Assembly (NCBI GenBank): GCA_012295275.1
Contig: CM022675.1
Location: 9,672,001-9,736,000 of the forward strand
DNA length: 64,000 bases
Origin: Chrysomallon squamiferum
Taxonomy: Eukaryota; Animalia; Mollusca
Direction of reading: 5' to 3'
Shown here piece after piece: positions 30,477-44,232 of the stretch. A program made the position numbers and the translations under genes. The notes beneath the pieces are model-generated. The model saw nothing but the letters and a program-made list of their open reading frames with translations. It made no database searches and was not told the DNA's origin. Position 1 is the first letter of the stretch. Every line of letters starts with the position of its first letter.

Positions 30477-30806
30477 TAATTAATTAATTTATTTATTTAT
30501 TTATTCTGGGAAAGAAATTAATAATTTTACAGCAAAAAATGTTTTCTATGTTACTAGATAATGATCCTTCTTTCGCTTAAGCGAAAATACTTCAGAAATG
30601 ACATTATTACGAAAACGAATATCGATTATTTTTTTGTTACGAGTCACGTGATTCAAAGTTTTTGAATCCAAGGATTTGTACCAGCTGCACTTTAACAAAT
30701 AATGCAATGTAACAGTTTTTTTTAATACGTTGATTTTTTTTTTTTTTTTAGCATTTTTGTTTCAGTTTTGTTAGATTAAGCATACATTTGGTATTAATTT
30801 GAACTA

Positions 30807-31015
30807 TGTAACACTCTTTAGAAGAACATTTAACATTTTTCAAATACCAAGCAAGTGAATATTCCAGTACATCTTTGCCAGCTGTTTTCTAGAATGTTTT
30901 GATACTTTCTAGAATGTTCCAATGGTGTCTGGAATTTCTTGAGCGCTACCCATAGACTTTGTACACCTCTAGGTCAGTTTAGTATCAGTGTAATATTTGT
31001 GTTAATAAATGTCAT
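30807..31015 (+). mobile_element. Possible decayed solo LTR
   Basis: Begins TGTAAC, carries repeated TTCTAGAATGTT, then TCAGTT and AATAAA in LTR-like order. No clear terminal CA or target-site duplication. Confidence 0.3.
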
Positions 31016-31584
31016 TAAAAAAGAATAATAAAAAAGAATAATAATAATAAAATTCCCAGAATAAATTGTTATGCATACGTTTTTTTTTTTTTTTTTTTTT
31101 TTGTTGGGAGCGATATATTTCATGAATTCGTAAAACATTTCACAAAAATAATAAAACAGATTCTGTGACTAAAACTGACATTTTTGAAGAAATAGCGATA
31201 TTTTTGAAATCTACTTTTCTTTCTTTTTTTTTCCTTTTTTCTTTTTTTATCAAAAAATAATCAATACTAAAATTTATAATTAAGAACTTAGAAAATTTCT
31301 GTTACCTTGCGTAATGGCTTGAAAGCGCATCAGTAGCCCGTTCAAATGACGTCATGAGTGTTTGACGTCACGTGAATACCAAACGTCAGCAAATAATGTA
31401 AAAAGTCAAACTGCACGACTTTTTCAAGAATAGTAAGTATATTTTTAGTTAATTTAAACAATAAAATATAAAAATGGTTTCAGAAATTATTTAAAAATTA
31501 AAATTAAAAATTAAAAATACATTAATTAATTAATTATAAACAACAGAAGGTAAATAAATTTAAATAAATTAATAATAATAGCTG

Positions 31585-31649
<65 letters not shown>

Positions 31650-32043
31650 CCGACCCACATACACACACACACACGCGGACTGAGAGATCAAAATTTTGAA
31701 CTATGCAAAATTTAGCAATATAAATGTCCCATGCACTTAAACGTTTCCTTCGTATTGTAATTCTAGTCTATGCAGACAAATTAACTCTGTACACCGTTAC
31801 ATGCAGGCAGTTAAAATGCGCGTTACCAAATTTATGAGGAGTTTTTCCAGTGCGTTTTCTAGCCGATGTGTGTTTGCAAAGTGCGAGTGTGTGCAGATCC
31901 GTCATTATCTTCTATTATTCGTTTTAAAAACGAACTGGGTGAACGGAATATAATCTGCAAGCTGGCAGCTTTTAGAGTCTCTATCTGTCTGGTGTCAACT
32001 TGCTATATAAAAAAATAAAAAAAAATTAAAAAGGAGAAATATG

Positions 32044-32106
<63 letters not shown>

Positions 32107-32478
32107 GAGTAAAAGTATTTAGGTCATGTTTGACATCGAGTGTCAGTGGGGCGGGTGACTGCATGTATTCGTGTGGGGGAAGGGTCTTTATAAACTCATT
32201 TCAAATGAGGTAGTTGTTTAATGCAACCGTCATTTATTTATTTATTTATTTAAATTTAATTTTGGTTCAACTGAAACAGCTGGTTTAAACAGATCAGTCT
32301 GTCAAAATAATGTAGATTACAATTTGTGATGTTTCTTCAAAAGACGTCATATCTAGTTAAAATACGTAGCAAATGTGTTTTCTTTATTTCAGTATGTATG
32401 CATGCATTATTTATTTACTTATCAGTATTATTATTATTATTTATGAAATACATGGACAATACTAAGTATATAATAATA

Positions 32479-32520
<42 letters not shown>

Positions 32521-32666
32521 ATTATTATTATTATATGTAAATAAGTAATAGACGCATAGATAGAGAAATAATGTAAACAGTGCTATTTAACTATTTTAAA
32601 ACTGCATCAAATTCAGTCAAATATTTTTAGGTAAACGTAAACTCTCCAGCTGTGTTTTTCAGTAGT

Positions 32667-33284
<618 letters not shown>

Positions 33285-33285
<1 letters not shown>

Positions 33286-33615
33286 TATACATTGAGTTAT
33301 CTTTATACACTGTGTTATCTTATAAATTGCGTTATCTTTATACATCGAGTTATCTTTATACACTGTTATCTTTATACATTGTGTTATCTTTATACATTGT
33401 TATCGTTATACACTGAGTTATCGTTATACATGGAGTTATCTTTAGACATTGTGTTATCTTTATACATTGCGTTATCTTTATACATTGTTTTTATACATCG
33501 AGTTATCTTTATACAGTGTGTTATCTTTGTACACCGAGTTATCTTTATACAATGAGTTATCTTTATACAATGCGTTATCTTTATACATTTATTTATCTTT
33601 ATACAGTGTGTTATC
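33285..33615. repeat. ~18-bp minisatellite GTTATCTTTATACAYTGN
   Basis: About 18 consecutive units visible. Confidence 0.92.
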
Positions 33616-33801
33616 TGTTATGTTCTCCTTTTTGTGATTTATTTTCTTGACTTCACACTCTAAACTGATTAAAGTTTATGTTTGCTAACCAAACTCGTTG
33701 TTGGAAATCATTAAAACATCTTTTACAATATAAATAATAAATAAATAAACAAAATAAATAAATAAAAATATATAAATAAAAATATATAAATAAATAAATT
33801 A

Positions 33802-33888
<87 letters not shown>

Positions 33889-34660
33889 CAATAGATAAAT
33901 AAATAAATAAAATAGATAATTAAATAAATAATAATTATAACAACAACAACAATAATAAATAAATTAATTAATTAATTAATTAATTAAAAAAACAAAAAAC
34001 AGAATGAAAGTACTGAAAAGATAATCTCGGGATTAAAGGCAAATAATGGGTTCTTTGCAATTCTGTATAAAAAAAGTTTTGGTCAAAGAGGATTTTAATA
34101 GAAAAAATATATATACAGCTTATTTTGTTGTTCGATTTAAAACTGAACAACTGTTAACATCGAACGCTTATGTTTGTTTTTCACACATAATTCGCAAACC
34201 TGAATGTAAATGTTTTCCCATAAATAAAGTTAAAAGGTTTTTCACACATAATTCACAAACCGAGGTTCTTGTAATATTTTATAAAAAAAAAAAAAAATAA
34301 AAAAAAATTCTTGTAAAAAAGGATTTCATTACAAAGTTTTGTTAGCCGATTTGTTTTTTTTTGTCTGAATGAAAAACTATTTGCGTCAAACGTTTGTTTT
34401 TCATACATATTTCACAGAAGTAATGAAAAAAACAAAATAAATTTATGTGGTTTTATGAGACATATATATATTTTTTTAATGTGTTTCTAACGAAAGGGTA
34501 AAATTAAGATAACTTGTGATCTTTTAACTGTGGTATTGGTGATTTTACTTGTTTATACAGAAAATGATTCACTGGCAGAACATTTATTAGATGTTTTCTA
34601 ATGTTATTAGTGGTGTCTTGTCTGTATTTTATTTTAATGAACCAAAAGATTTAAAAAAAA

Positions 34661-34728
<68 letters not shown>

Positions 34729-34754
34729 TAATAATAATAATAATAAAAAAAAAA

Positions 34755-34808
<54 letters not shown>

Positions 34809-35137
34809 AATAAATAAAAATAAAAATAAAATAATGATAAATGTACTCCATAAATGTTTCTATGTAATAATTTCCCACGCGTTCCACCTCAAAGTAATTA
34901 ATCTTTAGATAACCAACACAAATGTTTCAAAATTAAAAAAAACACGCACACACACACACAAATATATATATATTAATAATAATAAAAACAATAATAATAA
35001 TAATAATGACACAGGTTAACATTTTCCTGGACTCTTCAACGTTATTTTATTTACATAAAAATCTGCGACAAGTAAAATATACACATCTTTTTATACCTGT
35101 AGGTAAAATTAAAAAAAAAAAAAAAAAAATTAATAAA

Positions 35138-35228
35138 TCACTTGTCACTTATATGTATAATATATATACTAAGAGGACCAAAGTCCAGTGTTATTTGTCA
35201 CAGAACGGATATGAATAATGATACACAA
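35138..35228 (+). repeat. Dispersed repeat copy A1 (partner at 42055-42134)
   Basis: Shared TCACTTGTCACTTA...AGGACCAWAGTCCA...CACAGAACGGAYATGAATAATGATACACAA. Confidence 0.8.
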
Positions 35229-35730
35229 TTACTAAGAGTCCTTGAACACACGAAATATATTCCACATAACCCACAGAAACGAAGGAGAAGAAGAAAAAGA
35301 AGAAGAAGAAGAAGAAGAAAAAAAAAGATAGAAAGAAAGTAAAAGGGATTCTACAAGTTTTAAAAATAAAACACTGCTTATCAACTATAGTCCGTAGCAT
35401 ATTTTCTGGAATAACTATAATTTTTTTTTTAACTACATCGGCTTCATCATCTACGTCTATGTCCACGTTGTGGTCGTTATCGACTCTTAGTTTTTGTCTA
35501 CAACGTCGTCGTGGTGTGTGATCACTATAACTGACGCTGCGACGTTATAAGCCAAACTGACGTCAGCTTACAAATTTCCATTCTTAGATATTTAAAAAAG
35601 AAAGAAAAGAAGAAAGAAAGAAAAAGAGAGAAAGAAAGAACGAAAGTAAAATAAAGAAAAGAAATGAGAGAAAACAAATTTAATAATAATAAAATAAGTA
35701 AATAAATAAAAAGTAAAGAAGAAAGTTGAG

Positions 35731-35771
<41 letters not shown>

Positions 35772-36195
35772 TCCCAAAACTAAAAATGGAATTCTGCCTA
35801 ACAGCAACTGACGGAATCTTTTATTTAAAATTTGTTTTCTAATTCTGAGCTAATTTATTCTAATTGAATCCTGGTATTTATCAACTATAAATTTTTTAAT
35901 GTTTTTTTTTTTTTTTTTTTTTAAAAAGCAGTTTTCTATATATATATATATATATATATATATTTTTAAAAAATACACAATAATCAGTCACATGACCACT
36001 TTAAAAAAAAAAAAAATCTCTTTATGAAATAAGTATGTAATGTAAGGCATTAGAGTCCATATCTTCAATGTAAGACTAAAAAAAAAAAAACATATGAGTC
36101 CAAGTGTCACTCGGGCAGGTCCTGTTTCTTTTTTTTTTTTTTTTTTTGTAATGATGGGGGGGGAAGGGGAAAATCAAAGACCGGTAATTCATGAA

Positions 36196-37706
36196 CTATG
36201 TCATATAGTCTGGAGGTTTTATGTTCTTCCCTGCTTGAATCCGTGTCACGCGATCCCAGACGAAAGGCAGCTGATGTCTTGCCTCCTGCTTCAGCTTGTT
36301 CTCCACTTTCGGCTTGGCGGTTATCGTCTGCTCTTTCGTCACCGAGCCGCTGTCGTCCGCTTTCTCCTGCTCGCCGCCCTTCAGAGAGCTGCAGCTGCTG
36401 TTGGAGGAAGAGTCGTCGTTGACGCTGTGTCCGCTGACGGCGGACGAGGCGTCGTCCTTGCCGTACTTGGCCACTTTGTTAGCGCTGACCTCCGAGCTGT
36501 CCGACGACTCGGCGCGTTTCCGATGTCCTCCGAATTTTTTGTGCTTGTAGAAGAAATTTGGCGGCTGAGTCTCTCCTCCGTCGACGGTGGACACGTCGAT
36601 CACCATGTCCGTCGTTGGGGAGCCGGAGACGGTGGAGTCCATGTCGTCGTCTCCTTTTCCTCTCCCCTTCGCGCTCGTCACCCTGCTGCGGTCGTCGGGC
36701 GTGGCCAGGGAGCACGACGACACGGTGATGTCGCTGAGCACGCACAGCGACGGCGAGCGCTTGTTCACGTTGTCCGAGCTGCTGTCCGGGCTGGCGCTGA
36801 TGGTCAGGTTGTCCGCGGGCACGCGCTCGATCTCGCACGTCGATGATATGGACCCGTAGCCGGAGCTCTCCGAAGTCGAGATTCTGTTCGTGGGCACAGC
36901 CGCTGCTGCTGCTGCTGCTGCTGTTGCCGAGCTCGACTTGCTCGCGGCCGCAACACAGACGACAACGTCGCCGGGAGACGACTGCGTGTCGCGGCCGCTT
37001 TTCTGACTCACGTTGCCCGGCGACGGAGTCGTCGACGACGAATGTCCGCTTCGCGACGGACTCCTCCTCGGGTGAGGAGAGCTCGACAGATTGGGCGAGC
37101 TCGAAGGCAGCGAAGCTCGCGAGGGGCTGTGCCCCCTCGGCGACATTCTGGTGCTGGGCGAGGATCCAGGATGAACATTAGCATTAGCAACAGCAGCAGC
37201 AGCAGCATTAGCAGGCAGGAAATGATTGGAGTGAGCAGAACGCAGGTGACTCTGCAGGTCGTCGGACGTCTTGAACACTTCTGGGCACTGGGAGCAGAAG
37301 AAGCCGTGGACCGATCGGACGTGGTCGTCGATGTAGTGCGCCGAGAACGGCACGCCGCAGATCTTGCACATCGTGATCCCGCCCTGCATCTTCTCCACCT
37401 GCGCGTCCTGCGGGTCGGACGACAGGTCGCACGCGACGAACGAGCCGGACCCGCGGGACTGGTTGTGCTGGCGGCAGTGGCGCTTGTACGACCCGAAGTC
37501 GTTCAGCTGGAACGTCTGCTTGCACTCGGGGCACTCGAGACACTTCGTGTCCTCTCGGCTGTCCTTCGCGTCCCGCTGTCTCGCTTCGGCCGGACTCCGG
37601 CCGCGACTTTTCTGGTGTCTGTTGCCGGCGTCGTTAGGCGACGGGATGTTGTCCGCGGGATGCGAATCGGACGACACGTGACTCTCCGTTTTAAAGTTCG
37701 GTTTCC

Positions 37707-37737
<31 letters not shown>

Positions 37738-40700
37738 CAAGCTGCTTCTCTGCTCCTCGGCCGACTCGTTGCCAGAGAACTGGACGCCTTCTCCGCCGGG
37801 TCCGTTGGACGCGTAAGGGTTCTGTCTCGCCGACTTCGTCGCAGATATCGTCTGCACGATGGTGTGCTCGGCCTTTGGCTCGAATCCGTGGTGGTTGCGA
37901 AAGTGCTTCCGGAATGCATAAGGACTGCCGTTCGACTGTCGGCAGATGCGGCAGATCAGGTAGAGGATGTCGTTGGGGTTGTGGTTGCCGATGATGCTCT
38001 GAATGGGCTCGTTCCGTCCGGAGCAGCTCCTCCTGCCGGCGACGTCGTCTTTGTCCAGCGGCGAGTTGTCCGGGGAGTCGAGCTGGGGCGACTCTCTCTG
38101 CGGCTTGTGCGTTGCGGACTCCCCAGTCCTCGTCGCGTGACCAGACGACGGCTGCGGCTTGCTTCTCTGGTCCGCCGACGGGTCGCCGCTGTGGTTCGGA
38201 AGGACGGCGGCCTGCGCGTGAGACATGTACGTCTGCAGCATCGTGGCCGTCGACGAAGGCATCAGAGACGTGGCCAGGCTCGGTGCGGGTAAGGGATGAA
38301 GTTGTGGCCTTTGTCCGCCAGCGGATAGCAACATGTTGGGGTTAACGTTCGGAGCCATTTCGGCCTGCCGAGGCAGCCGCGCGTTCATGCTGAACAACGA
38401 CGACGACGGCGACGCCCCAGGATAAGGGTGCACGTCCCTCTGCTGGGAATGGCCGTATCGTCCGGGACTGCCGTCCAAGTGGTGCGCTTTGTTGTTAACT
38501 TCTTGTTTGACGCTCGCCTCGGGCCTTCTGAAACCGAACGATTCGCTTTTCTGAATCCTCAGCTCCTGCCTCTTGTTGTTGTTGTGCTCGCTCGTGAACG
38601 AGGGTTGAGCGGTCTTCTTGGATAAATCGAGAGGCTCGTCCATGGGTTCGTTAAGAACCGGCGCAGCGTTGGAAGGTTTTTCGGAGTAAGGTCGCGACAG
38701 GCCCGTCTTCTTCACGGAAAGGTCCAGTATGGGACTGCCGCCGTGAACTCTGTCCCTTCTGCTGTCGTCGTACATGGCAACCTGTGCCGGACTCGACATC
38801 GAGTGCAGTTTCTTCTCGGCCAGGCTCTCGTACTTGCCTCCCCTGGCCGCGTCTTCGGCTCTCTGAAAGCTGGCCTCCAGTCTGCTGTGCAGAAAGCTAG
38901 GATCCACCGGATTGTACACAGAGTCATTGTGCGGCGTCTCGAACGGGTTCTGAATCGACACGTGCTGCAGATGCGGGCTCGGAAAGCCCCGCTCCGACTT
39001 CAGCACCTCCAGCTTCTGCTTCTCGTAGCTGGTGAATCCGTGAAACTCGGAATCGTGCGCGAACCCGCCCACATGGGGGGGAGGATAGTGAACCGTTTTC
39101 GGCGTCTGCCCGACCACGCCCTGCTTGCTGGCCACGCCCGGCATCTGAGCAGGGCTGGGCAGTCCGTGCCTCCCGGGGGAATTCGGAGCGGGTCGGCTGT
39201 AGTCCCTCATCATGAACGGGTTGTGCTGCCCCGCCGCCCCGGCCATGCGCTGCTGGTAGTAACTCGAGTCCATCTGACCGTGCGGGGACAGCATCCCCGA
39301 CGACGACGTTGACGTGACTGGACCGAGAAGCCCGTGCTTGGGCGAGTGTTCGTCCAGACGAAACTTGCCGACGCAGGCGACACAGAGGCAGCTGGAACTG
39401 GGAGGGTGAGGAGGTAGAGCTTGTGCACTGTCGGACGCCATCTCCACCCTCAGCAGCGGAACCGGGTAGCGGGGCACGAACATCTGGTGACCGGGAGGGC
39501 GGAATACTGGCGATTGAGCAAAAGACACGATCCCGGAGGTGGACGCCAGAGTGTTCACGTACGGAGGCATCACCAGGGGACCGGGACCGGGACCGGGACC
39601 GGACCCGAACGCCGGGCTCAGAACCGATTTGTTGTTTTTTGATATGTTGTGCAATCCTTCACCGGACGACGACGACGAATCGAGCTGGCGAAAATCCGAC
39701 GAGTTCTTTTCCGACGAAGGGTGGCCGACAGACGAGCGTGAATCCTGGGCGTGGCGGAGCATCCACATCTGATGGCTGTCGTACGTGGACGCTCGCGGCC
39801 GGCCCCGGGGACTGTGGTCCAGCGATTTCTGAGAATGTCCCTCGGTCCCGTGCGAGCCAGACTGAGGCTGATTCTGGGGAGACCGGGCGTGCAGGTTCTG
39901 CGGCGATCGCGACAGCTGCTCCGGCTTGGTGGCGTTCGCCGCCTGACTGCAGATGGGCTGACTACTGCAGCAGCTGCCGACGACGTTGCTGGTGGTGGTG
40001 GTGGTGGTGTGCTTGCCCGAGTCTTTGCCGGCAGCGCGGGCAGCCGAGGCTGGGTCACCGGGAGACAGGAGCTTGCTTATCACCTCAGTCTGACTGATCA
40101 CTCGGTCCACGATGTCCTGGACACTTATAGTGCCCTCCGAACTGTTCGAACCCGAACTCGCTCTCGACTGGAGGTCGTGCTGCTGCTGATGCTGCTGCTG
40201 CTGCTTGGTCCTCGGCGAACTGTCGTTATGGTGCGCCGACGACGTCGTCGACGACGACGAAGACAACGACGCTGCCGGTGTCGAACCCGACGACGTCATT
40301 GGCGGCGACTCCCAAGACAAGCGATTGAGTATTCGCAAGTGGGAGGAGTCGTCGTCCGAATCGTCACAGCTGGCCTCGAGGTTCTTCTCGAGAACTTTCT
40401 CTATGTGGTCCATCAGATGGACCATCTTGTTCTCCTTGGCTTCTGGCCGAGGCATGTCGCTCTTCGAGGTCACGGGCTCCGTCTGAGAGACGCTTTTGAG
40501 CGAAGGGTCACACCTGCTGATGAGCAGGTCGTTGATCAGCGCCTCGCTCTTTCTCCTTTCGTAAGCCGAAGGCATCTCCTGAGCCAGCGAATTGTCCAGC
40601 ACGGTGTCTATCAGCGTCTGCAGGCGCACGGTTCTTTTCGGCAAAGTCCGTACTGGTTTTGTTGTACTCGGGGGATCACTTTTAACACCGCTGTCCGTTT

Positions 40701-41409
40701 TACCGACAGTCTTATCACCGGCTGCGCTCTTGGTTTGCTCACTAGAGTTCTTCCTATCACTAACCGAACCTATATGCTTCACCGAACCTTCGGACGGTGA
40801 TTTTTCTTTCTGACCCTTCGTGCCGATCAGGAACAGCTCCTCCTGCTCCTCCTCTCCTTTCGTGATCAGCTCGATGATGCTTTTCTCCATGAAGGAGCCG
40901 AACGTTTTCGGCGGCGTTGTGGGTCTTGTTTCTTTGGAATTTTTGCTCTCCTCTTTGTCGCTCGACTTCTCTTTCTCCTTATCTTTCTCTTTCGTCGACG
41001 ATTTGTTCTCCGTCGATCCTAACGACGTCTCCGAAGACTCGGGGTCTTCCTTCGGCATCGTCAGCTGCTCCAGCGTGTACCCTACAGCCGGGGCCTTCAC
41101 CGTTTCTCCGTTCATGCCGTCGTCCTTGGCGACGAGGCACGACTCTATCAGAGTGTCTATAGCAGCACGAACCGACTGGGCCTGGTTGATGCCGCCGCCT
41201 CCTCGCTTCTCAGAACCATCTCTTGTTGATGCCTCTTCCGAGGTTTCGCTGGATCCAGACGTCTGATTGTTGTTGTTGTTGTTGTTGTTATTGTTGCTGC
41301 TGCTGCTGTTGTTGTTGTTGTTGTTGTTGTTGCTGCTGCTGTTGTTGTTCTCCGAGTCACCGGAATTTGATGCAGGCGTGCCGTCTGGATAAGACTGGTT
41401 CTGACCCAT
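36196..41409 (-). CDS. 1737-aa C2H2 zinc-finger protein with CtBP-binding (PxDLS) and CoRNR-like motifs; probable transcriptional repressor/corepressor scaffold, CDS in a single exon
   Basis: 5.2-kb uninterrupted ORF, much more GC-rich than its flanks. Four fingers: CRIC..HFRNHH (~37888-37953), CPEC..HCRQH (~37465-37535), CKIC..HVRSVH (~37305-37369), CSQC..HLRSAH (~37230-37297). PILDLS (~38715-38735) and PLDLS (~38619-38634). Strong acceptor (T)nCAG|GG ATG at 41412/41411. TAG stop at 36196-36198. Confidence 0.93.
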
Positions 41410-41431
41410 CCCTGAAAAAAAAAAAAAAAAA

Positions 41432-41471
<40 letters not shown>

Positions 41472-42054
41472 TAATAAATAATAAATAAAGAAATAGTAAT
41501 AATAATAAAAATTACTACTACTACTACTACTACTAATAATAATAATAGTAATGAAACGAAAAGGCTTGTAATTTCGGATTAATATTGCTTCAACCTATTA
41601 TTTTTTTTCAGATTATACTGCATTACATAACATTATACTGTATTAATTATATTATATACTGTTGTATTATTTATAATTAATATCATGTAAACACACAGAC
41701 ACACAAGCATATATTATTATTATTATTATTATTATTAATATCATCATCATCTCAATATATTATTATTATCTGAACGTAATTTTTTATTATTAGTTATTAG
41801 ATTCTAAATTGATAGTTTCAGATGCCGGTGAACTTGCTGTCTGTCCTACATCCTATTCTAATATTGATTTCAGAATACGTCAATGTCTACTTTATTATTA
41901 ATAAAGGTTATGTTATTAGCTATACATTTTGTATTTTGAAATCTGTCATTATTCTGTGGAGATTTTCGAAATAATTAGCAGTAACCAGTCATACATATCA
42001 GCGGACAGTAATTAATAGTTTGATAGTTAAAAAAAAAAAAAAAAAAAAACGAAT

Positions 42055-42134
42055 TCACTTGTCACTTAATACATTCTAAAAGGACCATAGTCCAATGTTT
42101 TGGGCACAGAACGGACATGAATAATGATACACAA
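42055..42134 (+). repeat. Dispersed repeat copy A2 (partner at 35138-35228)
   Basis: Same motif blocks, same orientation. Both copies are preceded by a poly-A run. Confidence 0.8.
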
Positions 42135-42370
42135 AAACCACTCGAAATAAAGGTTGTTTTGTGTTTTTTTGGATGTGATCAGCCAAGTGCTATATAATAT
42201 TAACAGTATTTGTTTGATTTACAGCCAGTTTTTGCATTGAGCAGTAACAAGATTAAAACATCGTTTAAAAGTGAATGAATGTTTACGTTTACATTTTAGT
42301 AATGATTGAATGCCAAAGACGTGATTTTTTGGTATATTTTGTCACCTAGGAAACCAGTTGAAATGAAGAA

Positions 42371-42405
<35 letters not shown>

Positions 42406-42574
42406 GATAATAATAATAATAAAATGAAATAACATAAAATAAAATAAAATAAAAATAAAATAAAATAAATTATTAAATAAAATAAAATATAATAAAAAAA
42501 TGAAAATAAAAATAATTTAAAAAGGAAAAGCAATTTTAAACTATTCAGGTGCTGCTATTTTTCTGAAATCATCA

Positions 42575-42670
<96 letters not shown>

Positions 42671-43091
42671 TAAATTAAATAATAAATAAATAAATTAATT
42701 AATTAATTAAAAAATTAACAAATGGCTTTTATTGCACCAGCAGTTTAGAATTGGGAGAAATGAAGAAACAGTCACTAAACTGGATTGAACTCATGACCTG
42801 CTGGACCATGAATAATTGCTTAACCAACGAACTGCATCACATCATAAATAAATTTAGCTGTAATTACAGATAACAATAAATTTGTAAAATTTAAATTTAA
42901 ATTTAATTTCAAATTCAGTGATAACGAAAACTGCACACAGAATAATCAGATATATATATATTTATAAAAATTTCATAGCTTGTAACTCATTCCCTTCAAT
43001 ATTCCTTTTTTTTTTCTCTCTCTTTCAATAACATATTTTGAAATATGCAAAACAGTTAACCCATAATTAATAGTTATTTAGATTTGATTTA

Positions 43092-43292
43092 AAAACAGAT
43101 TTTAAAGATTACGAATTTCGTGGCATTCATAAATATTTATTTTGCGTTAACCTGAGAAATATTTATTCGTTAAATATTTTGTTTTTGAAATGCATTAATT
43201 ACTACAAGTTTTTGTTATTTTAAAATTTAAAACCGTTCAAAAATTTATTGTTAAAATAAATATTACTTCTAAAAACGCTATTATAATGTTAA
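43092..43292 (+). repeat. Diverged ~200-bp direct repeat copy B1 (partner at 44034-44232)
   Basis: Shared ATTTTAAAGATTAC..TTCGTGGCAT..TTTGCGTT..TGAGAAATAT..TGAAATGCATTAA..TTAAAATAAATATTACTT. Confidence 0.85.
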
Positions 43293-43628
43293 TATGAGAT
43301 AAATAGTCAAATAATTTTATGAAAAGAGATATTTCTGCATTGATTTTGTCGATCATGCCAAAATGTGTCATTTGGCTGGAGTAACTCTCTCTCTCACACA
43401 CACACACACACACATATATATACATGCATACAAACATACATACATACACACATACATATATATATATATATGCATGTATATTAATAAATAACAGAATAAA
43501 ATGAAATGAAACAAATAATAAACTCACACACACACACACACACACGCACACACACACACACACACACACAGAGATAACATCACATCTACAAGAAGACAGT
43601 TCCACTGGTTTTTCGGTTCAGTGCTTAC

Positions 43629-43805
43629 TTGTTATGGTTGATGAGGTTACGGTAGACTGAGTTCTGCACAAAGTGTCTGCTGTCGACGTTCCGAAACTGG
43701 TTTCAATGTCATCAATGTCATCAATGTCAACATGATTCAATGTCGGGCTGCCGTTCACCCCGATGACAACATCAAAAAATGTCAGACGCACAGAGACACT
43801 TCAGT
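43629..43805 (-). other. Candidate 177-nt 5'UTR exon of the zinc-finger gene
   Basis: Acceptor CCTTCTCTTTCAG| at 43806-43807 and donor ACAA|GTAAGC at 43627-43628. Complex, CpG-containing sequence in an AT-rich intron. An in-frame TGA near its 5' end makes ATG 41409 the first in-frame AUG. Confidence 0.6.
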
Positions 43806-44033
43806 CTGAAAGAGAAGGAATGAACGAATGAATAAAAAGAATGAAATAGAAAGAAAAAATAATGAATATATATTTTTTTTTTTTTTAAAAAGAAGAACAA
43901 AAAAAAAATCAAAAATAAAAAGAATGAAATAGCAAGAAAAAATAAAGAATTTTTTTTATAAATATTGAACAGAAAGAAGGAAAAAAAAAAGGTCTACAAA
44001 CTACTTAATAAAGTTTTGAACATATCTGAATCA

Positions 44034-44232
44034 AAAACACATTTTAAAGATTACACTGTTCGTGGCATGTGTAAATATTTAATTTGCGTTCACTTGAGAA
44101 ATATATTTTATTCGCAAAATATTTGTTCTGAAATGCATTAACTGCCATAAATTTTGCTTGCTTTAAAATAACTTGCCAAAAATTTATATTTAAAATAAAT
44201 ATTACTTTTAAAAATGCTGTTATTTTGTTAAT
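44034..44232 (+). repeat. Diverged ~200-bp direct repeat copy B2
   Basis: Colinear with 43092-43292. Confidence 0.85.

Noticed and set aside
30571-30586. 16-bp palindrome TTTCGCTTAAGCGAAA
   Set aside because: Isolated, and no matching element ends were identified.
36196-41409. Horizontal transfer or contamination as the explanation for the GC-rich block
   Set aside because: It has a canonical spliceosomal acceptor, metazoan C2H2 and PxDLS motifs, and in-frame microsatellites typical of the host.
36094-41438. Long plus-strand and alternative-frame ORFs (e.g. 416, 349 and 250 aa) overlapping the zinc-finger CDS
   Set aside because: Expected shadows of a GC-rich coding exon. No recognisable domains.
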